Source: a virus. Taken from it: a stretch of 64,000 nt of DNA. The notes below the pieces were generated by a model that saw nothing but the letters and a program-made list of their open reading frames with translations, was not told the DNA's origin and made no database searches. How positions within the stretch are numbered: position 1 is the first letter of the stretch; every line of letters starts with the position of its first letter. Location: the IMG/VR virus record IMGVR_UViG_3300020177_001482, positions 1-64,000 of that record. The stretch is one strand, 5' to 3'. Positions 8,820 to 18,425 of the stretch are shown here, in pieces. The position numbers and the translations under genes were made by a program.

Positions 8820-11800
8820 AGATCAGATCCAAAGTAAAGAACACAGTATTGGCCGGTTTAGCCGGACTTACACTTACTGCCTGTGGTGGCGGAGGTGGAG
8901 ATGGAGATGGAGTACCGGTATCGTTTGATCCACCGCCAAAATCACAACTGGGTATCTCAACAAATATTTTTGGTGTCAATGGCTCTGGATCTACCTTCTT
9001 GAGTGCTATACAGAAGATGAGTGAAGATCAAGTCATAGACGCCGCTGAGGCCATCGAAGCGTTCCAATTCGTACAACAATACAATGGCACTTTCGATCCC
9101 TCTGTGCTCGCAGATTATGAGATCACCATAGATGGTCAAAACATGTCATTGGAAAAGGGTTGGTATGCCCTTGTAGGATACACAAAGAAATATTACGACG
9201 GCAAAGAACAATTTTGGAATACGTTGGTCACAAAAAAGGAGTACGACGACGAGGATCTTACTTTCTTGGCTATCGAGGCAGATCTAGAGAAAGACGTTGA
9301 AAATGAAAACTTGATAGACGATCTAGCGGAGACAGGCAAGGCAACTGTGACTTCAACAGACACAACATCCACTTTAGATAAGACAGAAACAGGCGACACC
9401 GTAGACGGAGAAACCGTGATAACTCATGGGGACTGGACAGAAACCACATCATCCGATGATCTCAGTACTGGAACACGAACAAGCACAGAAGAAAGAACAG
9501 TGACTACAACTACGTCTAGAAGCAGAACCATCACGAAAACTTATATCGACACAACAGTGACAACATTCTCGAACGGTGACACCAAGACAACGAAAACATA
9601 CCGTACTGCGGAGAGCACAGAAACCCTATCAGATTTGACGGAAACCAGCACAGAGACTAGAACGATTACAGAGACACTGACATACACTGACACCTCTGTC
9701 ACGGATGAGGTAACCGCTACCACTTACGGTGATGCTTACGACGGTGATCCTACATACACAGATTGGTCGGATTGGACCACTACATCAAGCACAACATCTA
9801 GAACAAGCACTGACGTAGACAACGGCGATGGTACAACCACAAGGACAACCAGGGAAACGACCATATCTAGCCAGAAGAAGACAAGGACCAAGAGCATACA
9901 GGCATACAGGGTCAAAACAGTTTCATACAAAAGTTACACATCACGAGAGTGGACGCACGGTGCCACAGAAGAATTAAACCTAACAACACGATCTGCCGAC
10001 ACAACAGAGACCTATGGTGATCCTGTGACGGAAACTGAAACAGAGACAAGGACAATAGATGATGCCCCAGGACAGATAGTGTCGACCGAGACTTTTAACA
10101 ATGCAGTAGACACAGCATACACAGAAAATGATGAGAACCTGGGCACAAGGACTGTTGGATACAACACGGACAAGACCACATACGAGACCGACGAGTACCA
10201 TGAGAACAACATGGGCTGGAACGGAGGATCCGGCAAACAGGTAAACGCCAGTTCAGCCTACAGTAGAGGATGGACGGGCAAAGGTTCCATAGTCGCGGTG
10301 GCTGACACAGGTTATGACACGGACCACACAGAATTTGACGGACAGGTGCTAGACACCAAGGACTACTACGGAAACGGGATACAGGACAATCACGGTCACG
10401 GATCACACGTGCTGGGCACGATACTGGCCAAGAAGGATGGCACAGGCATGCACGGTGTGGCCTACGACGCCAAGGCGGTAGTGATCAAGATCGGTGATCA
10501 AAGATCCGTGAGCCTGGACGACGCGGCCTCAGGATTCAGTTGGGCGGCAGACCAGGGAGCCATAGTCGGTAACCTTTCGGCCAACAGCAACTATGACAGT
10601 GGTTTCAGGAACAGCATCACGAAGATCGCAGACGATACATACAAAACAACCAGTCCATATTATGATTATGAAAACGGAACATACTACAACAACCTGACCC
10701 CAGACGCCTGGAAGGCGGCCACGGACAAGGGTCTAGTTCTGGTCAATTCCGCGGGCAACCAAGGACTAGACATCAGCGCCATGCCAGGTTGGTTCGCCAC
10801 AGAGACGGACGCAGATGGCAATCTGGTGTTGGGTGGCAAGGTATTGATCGTTGGGTCGTACAACTTTAACACAAACGGAATGGATAGTTGGTCAAACAAG
10901 GCAGGACACCTTTGCAGGGTAATCGTTGACAATGCATGTACAGACACATACAAGACGTCAGACTTCTACGTGTTGGCACCAGGGAACACCTACAGCACAA
11001 ACAACGAAGGATCTTACGATAACATGACAGGTACATCCATGGCGGCACCCATAGTGACAGGACAGGTTGCGGTGTTACACCAGATGTGGCCACACATGAA
11101 AGGCGAGAACCTAGTCAAACTGGTCACTACAACGGCGGACAAAACATTCACAGGTTATGACGTTCACATACACGGACAAGGCATAGTGGACTTCGACGAA
11201 GCAACAAAACCACAAGGTGCGATCGGTATACCCAACACAGGCAGGGTTGATGGATCCACATCATCTATTAGTAATACGTATGTTTCTGGTTTAGGAACTA
11301 TGCAGACGGTACTATCTGACTTAAACATAATGGTGCTTGATGACTTCGACAGGGACTACTACATGAATCTTGGCAACAGTTTCACTGTGCAGGACAACAG
11401 GAAATATTCAGACGTGGAGATGCTGGTGGACAACAAGAACACTTTCCTGCCACACCAACAGATGTATGGTTCATTCGCACAGGGCGGGCAGTACGATCTC
11501 GCCAAGAACTACAACTTTGGTTTCTACACAGGTGCTAACGGTGGTGGTGACTACTCGCTTAACGTGGGCAAGGACTTCTACCTAAACGACAAATTCAAAC
11601 TTAAGACATCCGTGGGATACATGAGCGAACAGGAGACTTGGTTGGGCAACACATCAGAGGGTGTGCTGGCTGTTGGTGACAACAATGACACCACATCGGC
11701 CAACATAGGTGTGGCATACCAATTGGGCAACAATGTATTGAGCCTAGACTACAGCAAGGGCAAGACGGACATAAACACAGAGGATGGTAGCCTGATCAAA

Positions 11801-12307
11801 TCATTCTCAGATATAGAAACAGAATCTTACAGGTTGGCGTATGAAATACACAAAGATACGCACACAACTTTCGGTTGGTCGTTCTCACTTCCAAGTCACA
11901 TAACATCGGGAACGATGGATTTGGAAGTAGCCGAAAGTGTCAATCTAGACGGAACGATAAACTACACCAACATCAACAGCGATCTCGCACAGGGCACCAA
12001 GGAGAAGAACATAGGATTCTACTACAACAAGTCGGGCGAGGAGGAACTGGACGCCAGTTTCAACTTCACAGCAGAGTACAGGACGGACAAGTCAGGTGTG
12101 GCGAACAACGATGGTGTCGAGATGGCGGTGAAGATGGTCAAGAAGTTTGCTGGCAGTTGTAAGTTTTTATGGATGAAGAATCCCAAGTGTTTCGACAAAG
12201 ATGGCAACATGAAGCCTAACCTGTTTGGCACAAGCATAGACAATGCAACCAAACACGGACTGGTATACAATCTAGAAAAAGACATGTTTGTACCAATAAA
12301 GAAATAA
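8816..12307 (+). CDS. lipoprotein S8 subtilisin-like serine protease with Thr-rich stalk and probable C-terminal beta-barrel
   Basis: LTLTA-C lipobox then poly-Gly; triad VAVADTG, HGHGSHV, GTSMAAP; NSAGN oxyanion motif. Confidence 0.88.
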   Translation: MKIRSKVKNTVLAGLAGLTLTACGGGGGDGDGVPVSFDPPPKSQLGISTNIFGVNGSGSTFLSAIQKMSEDQVIDAAEAIEAFQFVQQYNGTFDPSVLADYEITIDGQNMSLEKGWYALVGYTKKYYDGKEQFWNTLVTKKEYDDEDLTFLAIEADLEKDVENENLIDDLAETGKATVTSTDTTSTLDKTETGDTVDGETVITHGDWTETTSSDDLSTGTRTSTEERTVTTTTSRSRTITKTYIDTTVTTFSNGDTKTTKTYRTAESTETLSDLTETSTETRTITETLTYTDTSVTDEVTATTYGDAYDGDPTYTDWSDWTTTSSTTSRTSTDVDNGDGTTTRTTRETTISSQKKTRTKSIQAYRVKTVSYKSYTSREWTHGATEELNLTTRSADTTETYGDPVTETETETRTIDDAPGQIVSTETFNNAVDTAYTENDENLGTRTVGYNTDKTTYETDEYHENNMGWNGGSGKQVNASSAYSRGWTGKGSIVAVADTGYDTDHTEFDGQVLDTKDYYGNGIQDNHGHGSHVLGTILAKKDGTGMHGVAYDAKAVVIKIGDQRSVSLDDAASGFSWAADQGAIVGNLSANSNYDSGFRNSITKIADDTYKTTSPYYDYENGTYYNNLTPDAWKAATDKGLVLVNSAGNQGLDISAMPGWFATETDADGNLVLGGKVLIVGSYNFNTNGMDSWSNKAGHLCRVIVDNACTDTYKTSDFYVLAPGNTYSTNNEGSYDNMTGTSMAAPIVTGQVAVLHQMWPHMKGENLVKLVTTTADKTFTGYDVHIHGQGIVDFDEATKPQGAIGIPNTGRVDGSTSSISNTYVSGLGTMQTVLSDLNIMVLDDFDRDYYMNLGNSFTVQDNRKYSDVEMLVDNKNTFLPHQQMYGSFAQGGQYDLAKNYNFGFYTGANGGGDYSLNVGKDFYLNDKFKLKTSVGYMSEQETWLGNTSEGVLAVGDNNDTTSANIGVAYQLGNNVLSLDYSKGKTDINTEDGSLIKSFSDIETESYRLAYEIHKDTHTTFGWSFSLPSHITSGTMDLEVAESVNLDGTINYTNINSDLAQGTKEKNIGFYYNKSGEEELDASFNFTAEYRTDKSGVANNDGVEMAVKMVKKFAGSCKFLWMKNPKCFDKDGNMKPNLFGTSIDNATKHGLVYNLEKDMFVPIKK
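9330..10130 (+). repeat. low-complexity Thr-rich degenerate repeat region in the S8 protease (approximate limits)
   Basis: two similar segments GDWTETTSS...TETSTETRTI and SDWTTTSST...TETETETRTI. Confidence 0.55.
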
Positions 12308-12651
12308 TGCAAAAAGAGATATACAAAGAGAATTACTTTGGCACACTGATGTGCATACTCGTGGACGAATCTCGTAAGATCATGCCAACGTTCATGCCCA
12401 CACCTGAACTGCACAAGATACAGAATGACATGTGTCGAGCAGGCAGTTGGATAGACCACATGCCTGTGGGTACGATAGTGGAGACCGAGCCCCAGGACTC
12501 CGTAAAGAAACTGGTAGAAGACGCACTGCCGGAATACAGGAGATTGGCGGCAAATCTCATAAACAGATTCATAGACGAGTTCGAGGCACAGGGCGGACGA
12601 AGGATTGAGATCGCAGAAAAATTTGAAAGGATGTACAAATGGAAACAATAA
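12307..12651 (+). CDS. hypothetical protein
   Basis: TAATG coupling to the upstream gene. Confidence 0.65.
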   Translation: MQKEIYKENYFGTLMCILVDESRKIMPTFMPTPELHKIQNDMCRAGSWIDHMPVGTIVETEPQDSVKKLVEDALPEYRRLAANLINRFIDEFEAQGGRRIEIAEKFERMYKWKQ

Positions 12652-12833
12652 CAATAACATGCACCAACAACGACAGGACCAAGGAAGCAGAGGTGCTGGA
12701 ACGCACGGACAAGTACATGAAGGTACAGGTACCTGGAACCCAATTATTCATTGAACTGTTCAGGGATGACGTAAATATACCGTACACAGGCAGAACAGCC
12801 GGATTGGAGTTCGAATGGCAACCGAAAAACTAA
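12639..12833 (+). CDS. hypothetical protein
   Basis: 64 aa ORF with AAGGA SD. Confidence 0.65.
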   Translation: METITITCTNNDRTKEAEVLERTDKYMKVQVPGTQLFIELFRDDVNIPYTGRTAGLEFEWQPKN

Positions 12834-13297
12834 AGTTTAAACTAGAACTATACGCCACCATGTGGGACCGACCACCGCATGCGGATATCTTGGTTGGCGA
12901 CGTGAGTCATTTCAAGGGGGAAATCACCGGCACGGAAAATAATCCTGATATAATAGAGTTTGAGTCTGAGTTGGAGGAGAATAAAGACTATAGTCTGCTC
13001 ATCAATAGATCAGGAAAAAGTAATAAGCAAACCATAATAAATGAAAACGGCGACATATTGAAGGACCAACTATTACACATCAAGAGCATAGAAATAGACG
13101 AGATAGACCTTGGAGGATTAGTTTTTGAGGGTGTATACAAACCCGTATATCTAGAACCTTGGGCCACACAGCAACGTGAATCTGGCAATGAACTGCCAAA
13201 GACGTCAAAGAACGTTACAAGGATGGGGCACAACGGAGAATGGCGTTTAAATTTCACATCGCCTTTCTACATGTGGCTTTTGGAGAACCTTTACTAA
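12815..13297 (+). CDS. hypothetical protein
   Basis: GGAG SD; C-terminal SPFYMWLLENL. Confidence 0.65.
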   Translation: MATEKLKFKLELYATMWDRPPHADILVGDVSHFKGEITGTENNPDIIEFESELEENKDYSLLINRSGKSNKQTIINENGDILKDQLLHIKSIEIDEIDLGGLVFEGVYKPVYLEPWATQQRESGNELPKTSKNVTRMGHNGEWRLNFTSPFYMWLLENLY

Positions 13298-13303
13298 TAA
13301 ATA
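13298..13303 (+). promoter_or_regulatory. late promoter core TAAATA
   Basis: 7 nt before ATG 13311. Confidence 0.65.
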
Positions 13304-13310
13304 TGCTTGT

Positions 13311-13667
13311 ATGAGAGCATCACAATTCATTTCAGAGAACATAGACTCGGACGCGGTCAATGAGCTGGATACCTACATCATGAACAACGAGGACCTTTAT
13401 CGTAGACGTTTCATGCCCATCATATCAAACATCAGGAGAAAACTGGCCAAGAACGTGTATGATCACGACAAGGCACAGAAACTGTGGATGTACCTTGTGG
13501 ATGATGCCGCGAAAGAATACGTCAAAGAATTCGGATCAACACAGGATGATGTCAGCAACATGTTTCCAAAGGAGACCAGAGAACAGGTTGCGAGAGTTAT
13601 ATCAGACAGAGAACTAGAAAACATAAAACAAGGCGAATACGATGCACCTAAGGGAACTGTTTCTTAA
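13311..13667 (+). CDS. putative internal head protein
   Basis: N-terminal MRASQFISE resembles the T4 capsid targeting sequence. Confidence 0.55.
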   Translation: MRASQFISENIDSDAVNELDTYIMNNEDLYRRRFMPIISNIRRKLAKNVYDHDKAQKLWMYLVDDAAKEYVKEFGSTQDDVSNMFPKETREQVARVISDRELENIKQGEYDAPKGTVS

Positions 13668-14823
13668 GGAGGACGATCGTTCAACTGCAGTCTTTGCCTT
13701 TGGTCGATTCAATCCTCCCACAATAGGACACGAGAAATTAATCAACAAAGTTCAGCAGGTCGCTGACAAGGTGAATGGCAAGGCCTACATATTCCTTTCA
13801 CACACAGACGGTACCGCAAAGGATCCCATAGATTTCACAACCAAACTATCATACCTTAGGCAACACTTCCAGTCAGACCCAAAGTTATCATTTGGTGACA
13901 TCAGGGCAAACACAATCATAAAAGTAATGAAAGTGCTTGAACAGGAAGGCAGGACCAAAGTAATAATGGTCGCAGGTGATGATAGGGTCATGCAATTTAA
14001 AAATCTACTGAACCAGTACAATGGTAAACCAACCAAGGCCGGTAACATAGAATACACCTTTGACAGCGTTGATGTTGTAAGTGCTGGACAGAGGGATCCA
14101 GATGCGGATGACGTCACTGGGGTGAGTGCATCCAAGGCCAGGGAACTTGCCATGAAGGGACAGGAACACGAATTCAGCAAGATCATCATGGGTGGCGACA
14201 AAGGTAAAGTGCTGTACAACAAGATACAGGACCAGTTTGGTAAGACGGTTGACGAGAACAACAAGAAGTTGTATAATGAAGATATGACAGATACTAAACC
14301 AATCGTATATCTTGACATGGACGGAGTACTGGCAGACTTCTTTGGTGGTGTTGAATTCCTCTATGGGGTTGAACACTGGAAACAACTGACCAATGACAAG
14401 ACCAAAGACCTTAAGAAAGAAGTCATAGACAGGATCACGGGCACGGACTTCTTCGCAGTGCTACCAAAATTTCCAACAGCAGACGCACTGATAGACATGG
14501 TGAAGAAATTTACAGGTGGCAAGTTCTCAATAAACACATCACCATTGAGGGGTGATCATGAGAATTCAGCCAAATACAAGAAAGTGTGGATCGCAAACAA
14601 CATAGAACAACCAGACGAGATAGTGGTCACAGGTAGAAAAGAAACTTACGCCAAGAACAAAGGAACAGGCACGCCAAACATCCTGATCGACGACAGGCCA
14701 ATCAACATACAGAAGTGGCAGGCCGCTGGTGGATACGGAATACTATACCAAGCAAACAGGGATTCATTAACCAAAGTACAGAAAGGACTGGAGGACTATG
14801 CCAAAGTTCAGCGGGATCAATAG
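13642..14823 (+). CDS. cytidyltransferase-like nucleotidyltransferase fused to a HAD 5'(3')-deoxyribonucleotidase
   Basis: FGRFNPPTIGHEKL and SASKAR; YLDMDGVLADF and ILIDD. Confidence 0.85.
   Translation: MHLRELFLKEDDRSTAVFAFGRFNPPTIGHEKLINKVQQVADKVNGKAYIFLSHTDGTAKDPIDFTTKLSYLRQHFQSDPKLSFGDIRANTIIKVMKVLEQEGRTKVIMVAGDDRVMQFKNLLNQYNGKPTKAGNIEYTFDSVDVVSAGQRDPDADDVTGVSASKARELAMKGQEHEFSKIIMGGDKGKVLYNKIQDQFGKTVDENNKKLYNEDMTDTKPIVYLDMDGVLADFFGGVEFLYGVEHWKQLTNDKTKDLKKEVIDRITGTDFFAVLPKFPTADALIDMVKKFTGGKFSINTSPLRGDHENSAKYKKVWIANNIEQPDEIVVTGRKETYAKNKGTGTPNILIDDRPINIQKWQAAGGYGILYQANRDSLTKVQKGLEDYAKVQRDQ
14249..14277 (+). promoter_or_regulatory. sigma70 promoter inside the CDS, serving the in-frame ATG 14284 (HAD domain)
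   Basis: TTGACG-17nt-TATAAT, then 6 nt to an in-frame ATG. Confidence 0.7.
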
Positions 14824-14977
14824 ACCATACAAAGCAGGCGAGATAGAGAAAACGCCACAAGAACTACAGAGAGAACTTGACGAGAAGATGAAGAAATTCC
14901 TGGCCAAGGGTGGCAAGGTGGAAAAAGTCAAGGCACACAAGCCAACCAAACAACAGTTGAAAGACTGGACAATCTAG
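14798..14977 (+). CDS. small basic protein, 59 aa (not in ORF track)
   Basis: GGAGG SD; MPKFSGINRP...KFLAKGGKVEKV...; fills the gap between genes. Confidence 0.7.
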   Translation: MPKFSGINRPYKAGEIEKTPQELQRELDEKMKKFLAKGGKVEKVKAHKPTKQQLKDWTI

Positions 14978-15186
14978 TGGACGAACTTGAGCGTATAAAG
15001 AAGTTAGCGGGCATAGACAAACCGCAAAAAGACCAATCAATGGGCGAGAACCTATCCTACGTTGGCACACAGAAAGCACAATACCAAAAAAAACACAACA
15101 TCAAGCCGGGCACAGAAGAGTGGTTCAAACTATGGTTCGCACAGCCTAGACTGACTGGTGAAAACCCAATGCCCAAAAACAAATAA
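14977..15186 (+). CDS. small protein with ELERIKKLAGI motif
   Basis: GTG start overlapping the upstream stop; IKPGTEEWFKLWF. Confidence 0.6.
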   Translation: MDELERIKKLAGIDKPQKDQSMGENLSYVGTQKAQYQKKHNIKPGTEEWFKLWFAQPRLTGENPMPKNK

Positions 15187-15189
15187 ATA
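15184..15189 (+). promoter_or_regulatory. late promoter core TAAATA
   Basis: overlaps the upstream stop; 8 nt before ATG 15198. Confidence 0.65.
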
Positions 15190-15197
15190 CTCGCACA

Positions 15198-15752
15198 ATG
15201 CGAGCACAAGAATTCACAGAATCCAGTTGTAAGAGAACGAGAGCGAAAGAGTGTAATTGTGGCAAGGTAAGTGCAATTACCGAAGCACAGGAGACCACAG
15301 TTGCCCAATGCATATTGGAGCATTCTGACACCGTTAAGGGCTCTATCCTGCTCATACAAGCACCAGGAACGGCAACACTAGTAAAAGGTACCATAACAGG
15401 ACTGACGCCGGGAGAACACGGTTTCCACATACACGAGTTTGGAGACATGAGTGATGGCTGTAAATCAATGGGTGGACACTACAACCCAGACGGAATTGAT
15501 CACGGTGACATCAACGAAGGACACGTTGGAGATCTTGGTAATATAACAGCGGATGAAACAGGCACTGCCAAGTTCACAATTGAAGCCAAGAGAGTAGACT
15601 TACTCGGTGACAGGTCAGTGATAGGCAGAGGATTCGTTGTACACTCAGACAAGGATGATCTAGGCAAGGGCGGCGATGAAGAAAGTTTGAAAACAGGTAA
15701 CGCAGGTGATAGACTTGCCTGTGGTGTGATCACACTTAGGGCGGCAGAATGA
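15198..15752 (+). CDS. sodC: Cu/Zn superoxide dismutase with CTS-like leader
   Basis: HGFHIHEFGD, GGHYNP, HVGDLGNI and GNAGDRLACGVI motifs. Confidence 0.93.
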   Translation: MRAQEFTESSCKRTRAKECNCGKVSAITEAQETTVAQCILEHSDTVKGSILLIQAPGTATLVKGTITGLTPGEHGFHIHEFGDMSDGCKSMGGHYNPDGIDHGDINEGHVGDLGNITADETGTAKFTIEAKRVDLLGDRSVIGRGFVVHSDKDDLGKGGDEESLKTGNAGDRLACGVITLRAAE

Positions 15753-16357
15753 AGTTCTTAATATTCAATGGCAGTTTGAAACCAGACTCAGCGTCAAACA
15801 CATTCTCAGTGTGTAAGATGGCACAGTTGGCATTTGAGAAACTAGGACACGAATGTGAGATTGTCACATTGAGAGATTTAGATTACGAAGGATCAACAGC
15901 AGACGTCAACGACGAACTGAAGCCACACATAATGAAAATGTTTGACGTGGACGGAGTCATATTCGCAACACCTATTTGGTGGGGTCAACACAGTTGCCAC
16001 ACTCAGGCAATGCTTGAAAGACTAGACGTAATATACAGTTGGGCCAAAGACAACAAACATCAACCTTTCTATAACAAGGTGTTTGGTACTCTAGTTTCAG
16101 GTGGCGGAGATGGATTCCAACACATACATGGAGTGCTGTATTCAGCGGCTTCGAATTTTGGTTTCACCATACCACCACAGTGCAACATAGAATCAAAAGC
16201 ACAGGGCATAGACGAGATCACACAGGACGATGACACGGTAGAACAGGTCAAGAACTGCACGATAAACATGACAACATGGGCGAGGATCCTCAAAGATGGG
16301 AATCCCACAAAAGATGCCAGACACGGATCTGTGGACGTCAACGAACACAAAGAATAA
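15749..16357 (+). CDS. flavodoxin-like NAD(P)H-dependent FMN reductase (WrbA-like)
   Basis: IFNGSLK...SNT and DGVIFATPIWWG motifs. Confidence 0.8.
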   Translation: MKFLIFNGSLKPDSASNTFSVCKMAQLAFEKLGHECEIVTLRDLDYEGSTADVNDELKPHIMKMFDVDGVIFATPIWWGQHSCHTQAMLERLDVIYSWAKDNKHQPFYNKVFGTLVSGGGDGFQHIHGVLYSAASNFGFTIPPQCNIESKAQGIDEITQDDDTVEQVKNCTINMTTWARILKDGNPTKDARHGSVDVNEHKE

Positions 16358-16365
16358 ATATTGAC

Positions 16366-16551
16366 ATGATAAAAGAAGCACTCATAAAAAAACTCGAAGG
16401 TGATGTTGCGGTAGCAGAGACTGATCTTAGAACTTTCCTGGCACAACCAATCGGTGTTGCAGAACACATCGATTATGTAGTGACAGCGGAGAAGAAATTA
16501 GAAGCACTGGCACACGCCAAAGACAAATTGTCATCATTGCGAGATCTGTAA
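16366..16551 (+). CDS. hypothetical protein
   Basis: TAAATA at 16355-16360 then ATG 16366; PIGVAEH motif. Confidence 0.65.
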   Translation: MIKEALIKKLEGDVAVAETDLRTFLAQPIGVAEHIDYVVTAEKKLEALAHAKDKLSSLRDL

Positions 16552-16552
16552 C

Positions 16553-16783
16553 ATGAAGATCCGGGAGGTACTGGCAACAAAATATGTACATCCTGATGTT
16601 GATAAGATTCTGAAAAAATACCAACGACAGGCCAAGGGCAGGTCAAGGATGGGATACCATTCGATGATGGCGTATCCATACAGGGTGGAAGGGTGGTCAG
16701 GCAAATACAAGAAATCCATAAACTGCGGCAACCCCAAGGGATTCTCACAGAAGGCTCACTGTGCGGGCAGGAAGAAGAAATGA
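16553..16783 (+). CDS. basic putative internal head protein
   Basis: MKIREVL leader; module WSGKYKKSINCGNPKGFSQKAHCAGRKKK. Confidence 0.6.
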   Translation: MKIREVLATKYVHPDVDKILKKYQRQAKGRSRMGYHSMMAYPYRVEGWSGKYKKSINCGNPKGFSQKAHCAGRKKK

Positions 16784-17298
16784 AGATACGAGAATTCATA
16801 ATCATGCCACACACGGCAGACACAATGGGTCTCATACACAGACCCGGAACAGGTCCAAACAACAGGTTCGATTTCAAGAACAAAGGCAACAACAAGGCCA
16901 ACGAGAAAGCACCTCCGGGCAGGGAGAAACAGGTCAAAGCACTTAAGGGCAAAGTGGATAATCCATACGCAGTTGCTTGGGCAAGTTACAACAAGAGCAA
17001 AAATGAAGAAGCCGCAGGCGTTGGAATAGTGACGAAACAGAATGCAACCAAGGATGTGCCCGTAGGTGGTGAATACATGAACGTGAAGAAACTAAAGTTA
17101 GATTGGAAGGAGTTCCGTGAGAACTTCGCAGACGGCAAGCGGAAGGGCAAGAGCAGGCCAGGACGTGTGAAACGTGCAGGGGCCAGTTGCAAAGGCTCAG
17201 TGACAAGTTTAAGAGCAAAAGCCAAGAAGTACGGCGGTGAGAAAGCAAAGATGTATCACTGGTGTGCCAACATGAAGAGCGGACGTCAGAAAAAATAA
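16780..17298 (+). CDS. basic modular putative internal head protein
   Basis: MKIREFII leader at ATG 16780; ENFADGK...C...C module. Confidence 0.6.
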   Translation: MKIREFIIMPHTADTMGLIHRPGTGPNNRFDFKNKGNNKANEKAPPGREKQVKALKGKVDNPYAVAWASYNKSKNEEAAGVGIVTKQNATKDVPVGGEYMNVKKLKLDWKEFRENFADGKRKGKSRPGRVKRAGASCKGSVTSLRAKAKKYGGEKAKMYHWCANMKSGRQKK

Positions 17299-17311
17299 TA
17301 ATTACTTCTGT

Positions 17312-18181
17312 ATGAAGTACACCTTAATCTTAGGTATCGAATATAAGAAATTCAAGAGACCTGCCACAATAACTGTACACATCGGCAACACCTTCGTTGA
17401 TACCTTTGCATTGGAAAGGGATTATCCACTTAAAAAGACAACGGTCTCCTTTTCAGACACAGAAAGAAATCGGTTATACAAACCAAGTAAATCATTTGAC
17501 TCGCAGTGGATACTGGATGAGCTTTCGGATCGGGAGATCGATCTCCCAACATTTTACAAAATATATGAAATAGATGAGAATTATATTGAAGGCTCGATCA
17601 ACATCAAGGTTGAAAACTCAAACAGTGATTACACAAACGGTTTCATGAAAAACAGTTCGTGGATGAAATTTACACTCGTGAGTCTTGTACCTAGTATGTT
17701 ATTGCAAGATAATGGCACAAAATTTATTGATGTAACTGCTAGGTTGAAGCGAGTCGAAGCGAAGTATTGCAATCGTCTTGGCTTGAAAAAGACCCCGGCG
17801 TGGCCAAAAAATTCTCCGGAGCGAATACAAGAAAAAGTTTTATCTCTGGATAAAATAGACCAGGACCATTTCACATATCCCAAAAAACACAAATGGACAT
17901 ATCATGATTCTCGCCACTATTGGCCATTTGCAGGATTGTTCCTGGTACGACGAGAAAACGAAAAACACGAAAGAGATGCAGTCAGAGATTCTCGATGGCG
18001 TATTGGTGGCGACTTTACTGCGGAATTCCCTATAAGGCAAAAACACAGAACCAGATATATTGGATCCTGGGCAAGGCGAGAAGTTGGATTAGTATATCTC
18101 GCAAATTGGTATAATTTACCCGTTGCAGTTAAATTCCTAATAAATATCTGCGATGAAGATCAACGAAGTCATAACACATAA
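17312..18181 (+). CDS. hypothetical protein with more T-rich codon usage
   Basis: 289 aa ORF; TAATTA promoter variant at 17299. Confidence 0.65.
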   Translation: MKYTLILGIEYKKFKRPATITVHIGNTFVDTFALERDYPLKKTTVSFSDTERNRLYKPSKSFDSQWILDELSDREIDLPTFYKIYEIDENYIEGSINIKVENSNSDYTNGFMKNSSWMKFTLVSLVPSMLLQDNGTKFIDVTARLKRVEAKYCNRLGLKKTPAWPKNSPERIQEKVLSLDKIDQDHFTYPKKHKWTYHDSRHYWPFAGLFLVRRENEKHERDAVRDSRWRIGGDFTAEFPIRQKHRTRYIGSWARREVGLVYLANWYNLPVAVKFLINICDEDQRSHNT

Positions 18182-18425
18182 GGTGCAAGAGCAGGCTACA
18201 GCAGGTGCCACTAGTGCGGGTAATATAGCCACAGTTATAAGTCCACACATAGCGATAGGTAAAGACAGGTTCACGAAAGCATACACAGGATCACCGGGAA
18301 GGTCAGGCACAAGGGCACCGAGATTGCCCAAGGTAGTACAACCCAAAAACCCAGACGGGACAGCCAAAGGCGCACACGCAATGCCTGGAGTGAACCTCAT
18401 GGGTGGACCATTGGTAAAGAGATAA
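18153..18425 (+). CDS. putative internal head protein
   Basis: TAAATA at 18141; MKINEVIT leader; E-QATAGATSAGNIA. Confidence 0.6.
   Translation: MKINEVITHKVQEQATAGATSAGNIATVISPHIAIGKDRFTKAYTGSPGRSGTRAPRLPKVVQPKNPDGTAKGAHAMPGVNLMGGPLVKR

Noticed and set aside
9330-10130. Repeat-like region as a CRISPR array or DGR variable region
   Set aside because: It is in-frame Thr-rich coding sequence with no fixed-length identical repeats and no cas or reverse transcriptase gene nearby.
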